DNA of 63,927 nt, counting the filler, from Octopus bimaculoides (lineage: Eukaryota), in the NCBI RefSeq assembly GCF_001194135.2. It is 7 parts of 7 records of this genome, joined end to end, with 100 filler letters (N's around TTAATTAATTAA, not from the genome) between each part and the next. Parts side by side here need not be neighbours in the genome. Positions count along the whole stretch, not along the records: positions 1 to 27,877 come from NC_069004.1; 6 more parts are not named here. One strand, given 5' to 3'. Every line of letters starts with the position of its first letter. Within the stretch, counting starts at the first letter, position 1. The notes beneath the pieces were generated by a model. That model did no database searches. It saw only the letters and a program-made list of their open reading frames with translations, and was not told where the DNA came from. Made by a program: the position numbers and the translations under genes. Of the stretch, positions 12,547-24,696 are shown piece by piece.

Positions 12547-13377
12547 TCAGGTCATCCCATAAGCTCTGTCCAATTTTATCTTTTTTTAAATTGAATGAAA
12601 TTTAATAGTATTTAGAATGTCTAATGAAATTAAAAATTATTTTTATGCATTTGTGTACATTTAAACTAATTAAACATTATTTTACAGAATAACAGAATTA
12701 AATTTCTTTGATTAAAACCCTTTCTAACATGGAATTATCCAAAGAGCATTTGAGGCACATAATGCTTTATGAGTACAAAAAGGGAAACTCTGCAGCCGAA
12801 GCGACTTGAAACACACACTCAGTTTATGGGAAAGAATGAATACTTGAATGAAAGAACTTGCAGAAGATGGTTTGCAAAATTCAAAAGTGGAGATTTCACT
12901 CTTGAAGATGAAGATCGAACAGGACGTCCAGTTGAGTTTTATGATAAGCTCCTTGAGGCATTACTTGAAGAAAATCCTGCATTATCAGTTGAAGAATTGG
13001 CAATAAAGCTTAGCTCAAACTATACAACTGTTCATCATCATCTTCAACAACTTGGAAAGGTTCCTAAACTTGGAAAACGGGTGCCTCATGAATTGTCTGA
13101 AAGCAGCTGCAAATCCCAAGTTGACATCTGCTCTTCTCTCCATTCTCGCAAGCTCAGTTTACCCTTTTTGGATAGACTTGTGACTGGTGACGAAAAATGG
13201 ATCTATCGAAATGTTAAACGTTGTAAACAGTGGCTTGGTGAAAGGGAAAAAGCTCAACCACAACCGAGAAGAGAACTTCATGGAAAAAAGATTTTTCTCT
13301 CTATCTGGTGGGATTGCAAAGGAGTAATTCCCTTTGAATTGTTACCACCTAATGCAACAATCAATGCTCAAGTCTAC
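12547..13377 (+). mobile_element. Mariner transposon, inactive, truncated by N gap
   Basis: TA|TCAGGTCATCCCATAAG left end; ATG 12729 MELSKEHLRHIMLYEYKKG with TGA at 12807 and a frameshift near 12835; then motifs RVPHEL (WVPHEL), LVTGDEKW, LSIWWD.KG. Confidence 0.92.
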
Positions 13378-14123
13378 NNNNNNNNNNNNNNNNNNNNNNN
13401 NNNNNNNNNNNNNNNNNNNNNNNNNNNNNNNNNNNNNNNNNNNNNNNNNNNNNNNNNNNNNNNNNNNNNNNNNNNNNNNNNNNNNNNNNNNNNNNNNNNN
13501 NNNNNNNNNNNNNNNNNNNNNNNNNNNNNNNNNNNNNNNNNNNNNNNNNNNNNNNNNNNNNNNNNNNNNNNNNNNNNNNNNNNNNNNNNNNNNNNNNNNN
13601 NNNNNNNNNNNNNNNNNNNNNNNNNNNNNNNNNNNNNNNNNNNNNNNNNNNNNNNNNNNNNNNNNNNNNNNNNNNNNNNNNNNNNNNNNNNNNNNNNNNN
13701 NNNNNNNNNNNNNNNNNNNNNNNNNNNNNNNNNNNNNNNNNNNNNNNNNNNNNNNNNNNNNNNNNNNNNNNNNNNNNNNNNNNNNNNNNNNNNNNNNNNN
13801 NNNNNNNNNNNNNNNNNNNNNNNNNNNNNNNNNNNNNNNNNNNNNNNNNNNNNNNNNNNNNNNNNNNNNNNNNNNNNNNNNNNNNNNNNNNNNNNNNNNN
13901 NNNNNNNNNNNNNNNNNNNNNNNNNNNNNNNNNNNNNNNNNNNNNNNNNNNNNNNNNNNNNNNNNNNNNNNNNNNNNNNNNNNNNNNNNNNNNNNNNNNN
14001 NNNNNNNNNNNNNNNNNNNNNNNNNNNNNNNNNNNNNNNNNNNNNNNNNNNNNNNNNNNNNNNNNNNNNNNNNNNNNNNNNNNNNNNNNNNNNNNNNNNN
14101 NNNNNNNNNNNNNNNNNNNNNNN

Positions 14124-14181
<58 letters not shown>

Positions 14182-14520
14182 GTGTGTATGTATGTATGTA
14201 TGTGTGTATATATATATCACAATTTAGGCTAGTTGAAATATGTTTGTCACATATTTCAACTGCTAAAGGAAGATACACTGCAATTATCATGGAGAAAAAA
14301 ATCTCTCTTATGGTAAAAAGGTGTGAAACACCCTGTTCGTTCAGTGTCACCTTCTCTCAGGAATCTGAGACATTGATGTTTCAAGTTTGTTGACTTATGT
14401 CAATTCGATGTACCTGAGAGGGGCAACCCTGAACGAACTGACAAAGCTAATAGCTTTCTATATAATTCAGCCAACACATTGACTGATTTGCGCTAGTAGA
14501 TCGCCCAATTGAGAAAAATA

Positions 14521-14714
14521 TCAGAGTAAATGCGCTAAGCAGTGTTTATGTTTAATCACAGTTTAGGTTAGTTGAAACATATTTGTCATATATTTCAATT
14601 GCTAAAGGCAAATACACTGCAGTTCATTTGAAATGTTGAAATATGTGACAAACATATTTCAACTAACCTAAATTGTGATTAGACGTAAACACTGCTTTAG
14701 TGCATTTACTCTGA
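14521..14714. mobile_element. MITE with about 80-bp TIRs and TA flanks
   Basis: TA|TCAGAGTAAATGC... and ...GCATTTACTCTGA|TA; arms align over about 80 bp with a spacer of about 35 bp; partial copy at 14217-14285. Confidence 0.85.
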
Positions 14715-14992
14715 TATATATATATATATATATATANNNNNNNNNNNNNNNNNNNNNNNNNNNNNNNNNNNNNNNNNNNNNNNNNNNNNNNNNNNNNNNN
14801 NNNNNNNNNNNNNNNNNNNNNNNNNNNNNNNNNNNNNNNNNNNNNNNNNNNNNNNNNNNNNNNNNNNNNNNNNNNNNNNNNNNNNNNNNNNNNNNNNNNN
14901 NNNNNNNNNNNNNNNNNNNNNNNNNNNNNNNNNNNNNNNNNNNNNNNNNNNNNNNNNNNNNNNNNNNNNNNNNNNNNNNNNNNNNNNNNNNN

Positions 14993-15530
14993 CATCATTA
15001 TCATTGTTTAACGTCCACTTTCCATGCTAGCATGGGTTGTACGATTTGACTGAGGACTGGCAAACCAGATGGCTGCACCAGGCATCAATCTGATCTGGCA
15101 GAGTTTCTACAGCTGGATGCCCTTCCTAACGCCAACCACTCCGAGAGTGTAGTGGGTGCTTCTCTATGTGCCACAGGCATGAGGGCCAGTCTGGCAGTAC
15201 TGGCAACAGCCACGCTCAAATGGTGTTTTTTACGTGCCACCTGCACTGGCAACAACCTCGCTTGAATGTTTTGTTCACATGCCACCGGCACAAGTGCCAG
15301 TAAGGCAACACTGGTAACGATTACGCTCAAATGGTGCTTTTTGCATGCCACCTGCACGGAAGCCAGACAGCTGCTCTGGCAGTGATCCCGCTCGGATGGA
15401 GCTATTAGCGCTCCACTGGCACGGGTGCCAGTCATCGAATTTGGTTCAATTTTGATTTCACTTGCCCCAGCAGGTATTCGCAAGCAGAGTTTAGTGTCCA
15501 ATAAGGAAGGTTGGCATGGGTGCCAGTCAT
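14993..15530 (-). mobile_element. RTE LINE 3' UTR fragment
   Basis: Highly similar to 24697-25240, including the internal ggcagtactggcaac...cacgctcaaatggtg repeats. Confidence 0.85.
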
Positions 15531-15605
15531 TGAATTTGGTTCGATTTTGAATTTGATTAATTTCGATTGTTTAATTTTATAGTTCCAGTGATGGCTTGGC
15601 TTTTT

Positions 15606-16045
15606 AGTCTTCAAATTAGCTTTTTCCTTTCCGGTTTACAGAAGCCTAATTTGTCAAGACTGATGTTTAGGCAGTGGGTTACATATCCCAGGGCCCTAAT
15701 AATTACAGGTACAAACCTGAACTTGTAATCTGGATAGAGTAACTGCAGATTTCTCAATAGTTCAGCATAGATGTTCTCCTTTTCACTGATCTTCAGCTTT
15801 ATGTTAACATTCGCTGGGCAGCTAATTTCCACAACTGTGTACAGTTTCTCTTCTCTATCCCAAATGTATGGATGTATGTATTTGTGCAGATTTGTATGTT
15901 TCGTTTTATCTATGCATTCTCATGCATAGACATGCTCATGTATATTTAAATGATATACTTCTGGAAAATTTTGCACAAAAATTTTCCAGCGATGGATTGG
16001 ACATGTAGTCTTTGAATTAACTTTCTCCTTTCTGGAGTATGTATG
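15606..16045 (-). mobile_element. 3' fragments of an RLE-endonuclease non-LTR retrotransposon
   Basis: EISCPA.VNI..KISEKENIY..L...L...YPDYKF.FVPVII.ALGYV motif; the same 3' end recurs at 35680-35840. Confidence 0.75.
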
Positions 16046-16138
16046 TATGTGTAATGGTTGTTGTTAAGGTGTTGGTTGCTAGTGTGCAAGATGGAAGAAA
16101 AAGAGTGATCGAAGTTTTTAAGAAAATACTTATATAGA

Positions 16139-16169
<31 letters not shown>

Positions 16170-16232
16170 TTATTTTGTATGTGTATTTCGTGTGCAAGAT
16201 TCTTGATGTGGATATGTGTGTTGAAAGAAATA

Positions 16233-16412
16233 CAATTAAACCTTGGGAGAGGCATTATGCCAGTAATTCAAAATAAATGGAAGTGGAGAGACAAGTTACT
16301 GAAGAGATTGCAAGAGTGCAATGAAATAATTTAACAAAAAACTATATAAATTAATAAAGGACTGAACCAGTGCGTGTGTTTATTACCGGCATAATGCCTC
16401 TCCCAAGGTTTA

Positions 16413-16416
<4 letters not shown>
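16233..16416. mobile_element. Tc1/mariner-type MITE
   Basis: 35-bp TIR CAATTAAACCTTGGGAGAGGCATTATGCC(A/G)GTAAT with one mismatch, flanked by TA on both sides. Confidence 0.9.
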
Positions 16417-16447
<31 letters not shown>

Positions 16448-17899
16448 CATATATAGATGTGTGTATATATGCATGTGCATATATATCGATGTATATATAA
16501 TGCGAATATAGATGTGTAGATATATATATATACATACATGTACATTTATCTATATCTATCTATCAATATATGTATACATAATCTTTTTACTCAGGGACTA
16601 GTAGACCTGACAACATTCAGTATTCGGTGTGCATTCAAAGCAATGATTACGAAACCGGTATGCTTTTGAATCTCTTTAACAACTCATAATAATGACTTTT
16701 AATACTTTTATTCCTACCTCAGTTCATCTAATTGTATATATCTATCGTTACTTTTCATAAAAAGCCTTTACTTTTTTTGATTTCCAATGTGCATTTTCGC
16801 TTATTTTTCTTCTTACTTTCCCCTTACATTTCAACGTGTAGTTTCTATTTTGTTTTTGTAACATATTTCTATTATATATATCTATATCTATATATATATA
16901 TATATATATATATATTCATACATCTATGTATATATACATACGTATAATATATAAACTATACTTACATACATATATACATCCATCCATACATACATACATA
17001 CACATACATAACTTCTCTCTCTCTCTCTCTCTCTTACACATACACACACACCAGCACCATTGTTCTCTCTGTCTCTTTCGCTTTTACGCCGACTTCAAAA
17101 GAAGACCCCCCCCCCCNNNNNNNNNNNNATATGTAAAAAAAATAATAAAATTTTTACGGAAAGCGACGATCTTGTTCAGAAACATAAACAAATGTACGTG
17201 GTGTATTTTGACATTTATAGTACTTATGTCGAATGTTTGCCAAAGCGAGGGACCTCTGGAAGTTGTCCATAGGTCCTGGGCCGAAGGTCCTTCGATGCAG
17301 GTTGGCAAGCTGACTTTCATCGAAACCTAGAGTCTCCCCCAGGCCGTCATCACACTTGCCGTCTATCAGCCCTCTATAGTACGCCGAGGTGGTATCCCGT
17401 CCGCCGGCATTACTCGTTCGGGAGAGAAGCATGGGCGCCTGTCGACACTGCTTGCCAAGCTCCCAGCCTTGGTCTACGCCTGATCCAACTTTCCAGTTTA
17501 CCAAAAGAGGTGAACCTGGGAAATATCTCGTCAACGAACGGAGACCACACACGCTCACCATACAGGTAGAGCCAGAGATGCCTCAACCTCAGCGCAGGCC
17601 TGCACATCTTTAATCACAATTGTAAAATTAGCTAAACATATGACAGGGGAAACAACTCTTAACTAATTGTAAATATGTAAATACATTTTCACAGCCATGA
17701 AATTTCTTTTGACTATTATTTTTCTTATATTTATTCATAGATTATTCAAATTTTATAATCAATTCTTGAAAAGAACCAAGCACAGTTACCTAAGAAAAGA
17801 GGGTAATTTTCTTTTTAACAAAGATGTTTCCACCAAACTAAGTAACTTTTTTGACACTGGGATTATATTGCCTGGAAATTATTTCTAAGGAGTATTCAT

Positions 17900-18035
17900 T
17901 CTCAGCTTCACCGCCGCCATTACTATTTTTGTATTTTTGTAAACTTCGAAGAAATACTCAAATTTTAATTAAAAATATTAAAAATTATACAACTTTATTT
18001 GGATTTTTTGAATTTGCTAAAGAGAAACAAGCGAA
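17900..18035. promoter_or_regulatory. Putative ZNHIT1 promoter/5' UTR, possibly bidirectional
   Basis: Directly upstream of the ZNHIT1 ATG; a YY1-like ATGGCGGCG points the opposite way at 17912-17920. Function inferred. Confidence 0.4.
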
Positions 18036-18078
18036 ATGGCTTTTCCCAAAAAATCATCAGGAGAAAAAAAGGAATCCG
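18036..18078 (+). CDS. ZNHIT1: ZNHIT1 coding exon 1
   Basis: ATG GCT TTT CCC AAA AAA TCA TCA GGA GAA AAA AAG GAA TCC G|GTTAGT = MAFPKKSSGEKKES plus 1 nt; phase 1 joins exon 2 to give ...KKESGRIRE, as expected for the family N-terminus. Confidence 0.8.
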
Positions 18079-20054
18079 GTTAGTAATTATATTTAATTAT
18101 AATTATTTTATATTCTTTGTTTACTTTTGTAAATTATGTTCTATTCACGAAATTATTGCAAATACTTACATTATGGTTCAAACCGACATATCGATAGTTC
18201 ATTTAATCGTTCTAGTACTTTACTGGTTCGTTATTTCATCGAGAATTTTAAAAATAGAATAGACTTAGGCATGGTTCGAACTCAGAACGTGACTCAGTCT
18301 AAGACATTTAGTGCGTCCGCTCTACTTATTTTGGCATGTTCTTTTATAAGTGTGTGTTTGCAATGAAACCATTACAGAAAAACAACTAAAAACTAGTCTC
18401 GCTTTACAAAATCATTTATAGGTATATTATTAAAAATATTCTCGAGTATAGTGGCTCTATATGGAATCCGCAAAGGAAAGTAGCAGCAATCCCGAATCAA
18501 TTCAAAGAAAACCTTAGATGCGTGCATATTTTGACAGAGAAGAGGCTGGTGGGCTCGCAGAGACAAAAAATTGAGTGCTCTAATAATTGACCACGAACAA
18601 ATATATAGGGAAAACTTGGCACATGAAACCAGAACTATTGTTTTAAGGGATACGGTAAATTAGGAGATCATTTTTTAAAAGTCACATGCTAATGGTAATA
18701 CACAACTTTCAAAACCAACCACTTACTAAAGGCAACATATAACTAAAACAGACTTTTATTGTATTCCCCTGTGGCTTCCAGACTTATTCTGAAACCCACA
18801 TCTATATTCTCATTAAATTATTTTTAAAAAACAGACACCTTATCTTGCGGAACCCCAAAGTTTTTTTTCCACGGACCCCTAAGGATTTCTTAGAACCCAC
18901 TTTGGGAAATATTGCTATGGAACAGGAAACTTTGCCCTGATTGAGTACAACTCACTCTTGCCCGCAGCCGACAACTGAGGAGTTCAAACTGCATAATGGA
19001 TAGAAGACACGTACAAATGACTAAGATAGTTCTTTCACGTTTCCTAGATGAAAACTAATTTATAATCAAAAACTTTGAAAGTCTTCTCTGACACCTTATC
19101 ATTCAGTTCTAGCTCCACCCACATCCTCTCTTTTTAAACGTGAGAAGTCATGTTACACCTCTTCAACAAAAAAAACCACTTCTGCTCTGGCCCTTTTTCT
19201 CTCATACTATACTGCTCTCTGCTCCTTATTCTCCTAGAATAAAGTTCCATCTCACTTGAAGTTCATAGTTTTGCAAACTGCATGGCAACCTAAATAATGG
19301 TACATTCCACAGTATTCTGTATGTTGTGGAGGGGAAAATCAGAAGTGCTTTTCTCATAATAATTTTTTAACATTTTGACATTTGAGTGTGTTTGGGCTTC
19401 TAGTTTTTACAAAGTCACCTGTGCCACTGTGTGACTTTTTCATATGATGATCTCCTGATGCTGTAGAATACAAAATTTGTGCCATTGCGGAGGGGAACAG
19501 AAAATTTCCTTTTTCTAAAGCTTTGATTTTATTTTTAAATTCTCTGAATCTTGAAACAATATACAGAAACTTATTGAATGCTGAATTACAATATTTTATG
19601 TTTGTCAAAAAGATAACAGAAAGAAATTCCATTCTTTCAGGTTTTCTGAGTGGGACGGTAACTTTTAAGACAGTATACGGTTGCAGAGGTGAAAATGTGT
19701 CCACTTCAGTAACTTATAAATCAAACATTTATACTGCAATTGTATCAACAATATACTTTAATTTCCATATTTATTTCAATTGTACTAAGTTTTCATAAAT
19801 TTCCACAAAGTTTGAAGCAAATCTACATTTAGCTTTAAAATGGGAATCTAGAAAATAAATATATAGAAATGAGCATTAATTAAAATGAAAATATTATAAA
19901 TATTTATTTAAGAACACTCAATCTAAACTTTTTGTGCACATGAAGGAGTTATTATATTGACCAAATGCATGTATTACATACTCTAGCTCCTTTTCAGTTT
20001 TGTCAAACTTGCTCTAAAAAAGGCATAGTTATTAAATATAAAAATTATGAATAA

Positions 20055-20315
20055 TTATATCATGCCGGTGGCACGTAAAAAGCACCATCTGATCATGGTC
20101 GATGCCAGCTCCTCTGGCCCCTGTGTCGGTGGCACATAAAAAGCACCCACTACACTCTTGGAGTGGTTGGCGTTAGGAAGGGCATCCAGCTGTAGAAACG
20201 CTGCCAGATCAGATTGGGACCTGGTGCAGTCTCCTGGCTTCCCAGACCCCAGTCGAACTGTCCAACCCATGCCAGCATGGAAAAAAGACGTTAAACGATG
20301 ATGATGATGATGATG
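20055..20315 (+). mobile_element. RTE LINE 3' UTR fragment
   Basis: Same 3' UTR family; ends gacgttaaacgatgatgatg. Confidence 0.8.
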
Positions 20316-20399
20316 AATAAATATATAATTGTATACAAAGTCTTGACTGTTTACAAAAATCACTCATCATCAAATTTCAAATCAAAAGGGTAAGTTTTG

Positions 20400-22150
20400 T
20401 CTTTTAAGCCAGAATATTTTTAAAATCATTAAAAACACACTCAGGACAAAGGTCTCTTTGAAAACAAATACTTTTACAGTGGTTTTTTATGAGAAGAGCA
20501 GATGCTTTCTTGATGTTTTCCAGCTCAACAACTGTAAAAGACCCAGTGCCAACCAGCTGAATAGGACCATAGATTACATTATATTTATGACAAGTGTTAA
20601 TATCATCCCTTCTGAGCCAGTTAAAGGTGTTGATACCAGCATCAACAGATCTATGAAGAAACTTGAACTTAATCATACAACCAGAGACATGTTCTAAGGC
20701 CCTGCCAATGTAGAATTGGTGAAGACAGTCAACAGCATAGTACTGCTCTACATGCACTGTGATACCATTGGGAGAACCTGGCACTACAGGAACTGCTGGT
20801 GCAGTTGGGGTTGATCTAGTTTCCTCAAGTGTTGGTGACAGTGAATTCTGTGCATGGTTCTTGGACTTTGAATTGGAAATTCTTGGCATTGATGATTTAG
20901 CCAGCATCAGCTTTTGCATGAGTATTTGGGATTGCCCTGCAATCAGTCCATCTTTGCTCCAACTTCTCTGAGTGGCTATTGATAGATGATTGTGGAATGA
21001 AAAGCATATGAATTTTTTGGCACACTTTCTTGGTCACACAATAGAACTCTTTTGCATTTGTCACAACCTCTTTATCTTGCTAAATCAATCGCCAAACTGC
21101 ACATCTGACTTCACCAACACCATCCACAGGTCCCTTTCCATGTAATCTCAAAAAATGATCATGAAGCTTCTGCACCAAAGTCATGCTCATGATAAAGCAA
21201 GTTCGCCAGGATGTACTTGTTTTTGAACCGAGAGCCAGCAGTTGGTGTGTTTATGTCCCTATAACTTAGCAGTTTGGCAAAAGTGACCAATAGAATAAAT
21301 ACCAGGCTGGGGTCAATTCAATTAAAAATTCTTCAAGGCAATGCCCAAGCATGGCTACAGTCTAATGACTGAAACAAGTAAAAAGAGATGAGTAATTTTG
21401 AAGATAATTACAGGATAATAATAACAACTGAGAGCTATTGATAATGGCTGTGTCGAAAGCCCAGACACTGCTTTTCATGCTTCATTTCATCAGAAACAAC
21501 TACATATGATGCATGCTCAAGTTCACCTTCTTTGCCCTTGAAGTAAGCCATGGCAGTGAAGAGAGTGACCATGTCACTGGATCAATGAGCTGTCATCACT
21601 TCTTTCTGGTGTTTCAGTTGAAAATTTTCTGAAAAATCTTCTTGAATGATCACAACACCAGTTTTCAGGTTTTCTTTCAGGAACTTGAGCTCTGCAAACT
21701 GCCGCTTAATGTCATAAATGTATCTGCTGAACAGCTGTAGTAGCACCACAAGATCTTCTTTTGCCTCAGCAATCGTGCATTCTTGCAACTGCTTTCTCAC
21801 TCGCTTATCTTTGCCAGTCACCCACTGATAATAAGACACCATGGAACCTTCATTAGCATCAGCAAACACTTCATCTACTGGCTCAGTAACTCCACATTTT
21901 TGACATTCTCTGTCTACACAACACATCTGCTCAAGACTGAAGACTGTTTGCATTAGGACTTCACACTTTTTCTGCAACAGACTTCCCCTCCGCAACAAAA
22001 ATATACTTAATGTACCTTGGACAGAGCAAAAGACCATCTAGCCATTTTGAAAACATCATTGAGTAGCTCTGGCCTAAAAACAGAGGTTCTGAAATGCAAG
22101 TTCTGAATTGGCCATTTGTGCAAGAACTAACAAAACTTAAAGGCCTTAAA
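20400..22150 (-). mobile_element. Decayed DDE DNA transposase (Sola2-like, classification tentative)
   Basis: Minus-strand remnants CVDRECQKCG, SYYQW, IQEDFSENF..KHQ.EVMTAH*, VTLFTAMAYF...SYVVVSDE, AGSRFKNKY, HGKGPVDGVG, and C-terminal FYIGR...KFL...FNW..RDD; several stops and frameshifts; interrupted by a SINE. Confidence 0.8.
21240..21385 (+). mobile_element. 3' half of dominant SINE inserted in the transposase
   Basis: SINE tail sequence splits the (KITHLF)-SDG-(AGSRFKN) region of the transposase. Confidence 0.8.
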
Positions 22151-23086
22151 ATGTTGTGGAGGGGAAAAATCATTTATTGGACAAGTAACGCTGCTGTTTC
22201 TCTGAAGCAGATTTAAGTTTTCAATATTACTGAATATTTGTTCCCTTGTGGAGTTCATGTTCCAGTACTTTTAACCAGTTAAGGTTTTTTCTATTTCTCT
22301 CAACCAGAAAAAAAAAAAACATTTTCCCCTCAGCAATGGCCAAAATTAGAAATTATGAAAATTATGATACTTTGTGCATAAGCAACAGAAGACCGAGAAT
22401 CATTTTCTCCATTTTCACAAACTATGACTATTATTCAAAAAAATTAATAAGAAATTTTTTTCCAAATAAACAAACTTTATTTTTGATTTTTGCATAAATA
22501 AAATTCTGTGGAATGGCCCTAATGCTGGCAGCATGAAAAAAAAGCACCCAGTATATGCTGTATAGTGTTTAGTGTTAGGAAGGGTATCCAACCATCGAAA
22601 CCATGCCAATGTAGACATTGGAGCACAGTCCTTGGACCCATTGGATCCTCTTAAACTATCCGGTCCGTGCCAGCATGGAACATGGATGTAAAAATGATGA
22701 CAATGATGAGTTGACTGACCTATTGTCAAATATGTTCCAGCCAGGACTATCTCACCTTTAATTTCAAACTGTTTATGTAGGACTCCTCATCATTATCGCT
22801 TAACGTCCACCTTCCATGCTGTCATGGGTGGCATGGTTTGACAAGGATCTGGCCAGGCAGAAGCCTGCACCAGACTTCTGCAACTGTTTTGGCAGGATTT
22901 TTACAGTTAGATGCCCTTCTTAACACCAACCACTCAGCAGAGTGGACTACAATATCTAATGTGTCAAGGGATGGTTTAAGATGTTAGTCAAGGTTTTTAC
23001 TCTGTGTGACCAGAAGATGGTAAAGCTTTCAATGATCACAAAATAATTGTTTGATTTCTGTTGTGTTATCTTCACCCAAACTATAG

Positions 23087-23263
23087 GTCGAATCCGTGAA
23101 GCTGACAAGAAACGGATTCTTGATGACGCTGCTCGTAAACGACGAGCAAGGAAAGCCTTGGAGGCCCTTGAATCTGACAACTTCCAAGCTGATCCACATG
23201 CTGATTTGAAAATGAGTAAGAAGGCACCCAAATTTGAAGAATACATGGATATTATGAATTCTG
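23087..23263 (+). CDS. ZNHIT1: ZNHIT1 (zinc finger HIT domain protein 1, SRCAP/SWR1 subunit Vps71/Swc6) coding exon 2
   Basis: ctatAG|GT CGA...AAT TCT G|GTTGGT; 177 nt, phase 1/1; GRIREADKKRILDDAARKRRARKALEALESDNFQADPHADLKMSKKAPKFEE closely matches the family motif RRVLD.AARQRR....LEALE.DNFQDDPHA as I recall it. Confidence 0.93.
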
Positions 23264-23273
23264 GTTGGTATTC

Positions 23274-23321
<48 letters not shown>

Positions 23322-23409
23322 TTATTATTGCCTTTGCACAGCTTCTAATGCTGGAGATGTACTACAGTGTCAGCTGTTCACTACCAGTGAACTAAGGTAA
23401 CACCTTTTA

Positions 23410-23960
23410 TTTTTTGAGCATCTTCCCGAGTATTCGAGCGGTTCCAAGCAGTGCTGTTTTCTGCAAGTGCTCCACTTTTATGATTTTATTTACATCGCTA
23501 TGTGGTAAGAAGCTTGCTTCTCAACCACATGGTTCTGGTTACAGCCCCTATTTGTTCCCCGTGCTTCTCAAGATTTTTACTCACAGTTCCCAGGGCTCCG
23601 ACAATTATTGGTACTACTGCTACCTTTTTCATCGACCACAACTGCTTAACTTCCCAAGCTAACCTGTCATATCTCTCAACTTTTCTTTCTTCCTTATCAC
23701 ATACCTTGTTGTCAGCTCGGAATGCTATGTCTATGATCCAGCATAGTTTATTTTCTTTCTCAATTAAGACTATGTCCGGCTTCCTATTCTCTATCTCATG
23801 GTCGCACTGAATCATAAAATCCCATAGGATCTTTGCATTTCCATTTTCGATGATGTCTTCAGGTTTGTGGTTGTACTAATTTTTTGCTGTCAATTCCATA
23901 CGTGTTGCAAAGTGTCCAATGGACAAGCCTGGCTATATTGTCATGACGCCTTGTTGTTGT
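23410..23960 (-). mobile_element. RLE-type (R4/NeSL-like) LINE 3' fragment
   Basis: HDNIARLVHW.LC, IQCDHEIENRKPDIVLI...WIIDIA, KVERYD.L.WEVKQLW, VVPIIVGALGTV, HLQKTALLGTARIL; interrupted by a 56-65 bp insertion and a (GCT/GTT)n tract. Confidence 0.85.
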
Positions 23961-24217
23961 TCTTGTTGCTGCTGTTGCTGCTGTTGTTGTTGTTGCTGCT
24001 GCTGCTGCTGCTGTTGTTGTTAATAATGATAATAATAATATTTGACTTTCACAGTGTGGAAACCTTGTTTTTCTTCTCTTTGCAAGACATAATTTATTCA
24101 AGCATTACTTTGTAAAAGAAACTATAATTACCTAAGGAAGACCTGCTCTCAGTACCTGGGGTAGGCAATAAAAAAAAAAATGGTTTGTATTACAAACTTT
24201 TATGATTTTATTTACAT

Positions 24218-24565
24218 GGCTATGTGGTAAGAAGCTTGCTTCTCAACCACATGGTTCTGGGTTCACTCCCATTGTGTGACATTTGGGCAAGTGTTTTCCA
24301 CTATTGCCTTGGGCTAACCAAAGTCTTATGTGTAGATTTGGTAGATGGAAACTGAAAGAAGCCCGTTTTATGTATGTGTGTCTGTGTTTGTCTCCCCCAT
24401 CACTCCTTGACAACTAGTGTTGGTGTGTTTATGTCCTCGTAACTTAGTGGTATGGCAAAAGTGACCAATAGAATAAATACCAGGCTGTGGTTGATTCATT
24501 CAATTAAAAATTCTTCAAGGCAGTACCAAAGCATGGCTTCAGTCTAATGAATGAAACAAGTAAAA
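24218..24565 (+). mobile_element. tRNA-derived SINE, dominant family
   Basis: Head, core and tail present; carries an internal deletion shared with the 21240 copy. Confidence 0.85.
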
Positions 24566-24696
24566 GAAGATAAGTAATTTTGAAGATGCTGACAGGAGTA
24601 ACAACAACAGCAAAAGAGATGATTACATAAATTCAAATACTGTGATCCATTCATACAGTAGAATATGTATATATATGTGTGTGTGTGTGTATATAT

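Noticed and set aside
17225-17610. GC-rich block with overlapping ORFs near the ZNHIT1 promoter
   Set aside because: Probably an unclassified retroelement 3' fragment; no motif I can identify, so not called as a gene.
18461-18479. Alternative ZNHIT1 exon 1 (MESAKE plus A, donor GTAGCA)
   Set aside because: Weak donor; 18036-18078 has a better donor and a family-like KKESG junction.
24087-24115. Strong acceptor giving a truncated ZNHIT1 end (DIIYSSITL*)
   Set aside because: No similarity to the known ZNHIT1 C-terminus; no evidence of use without RNA data.
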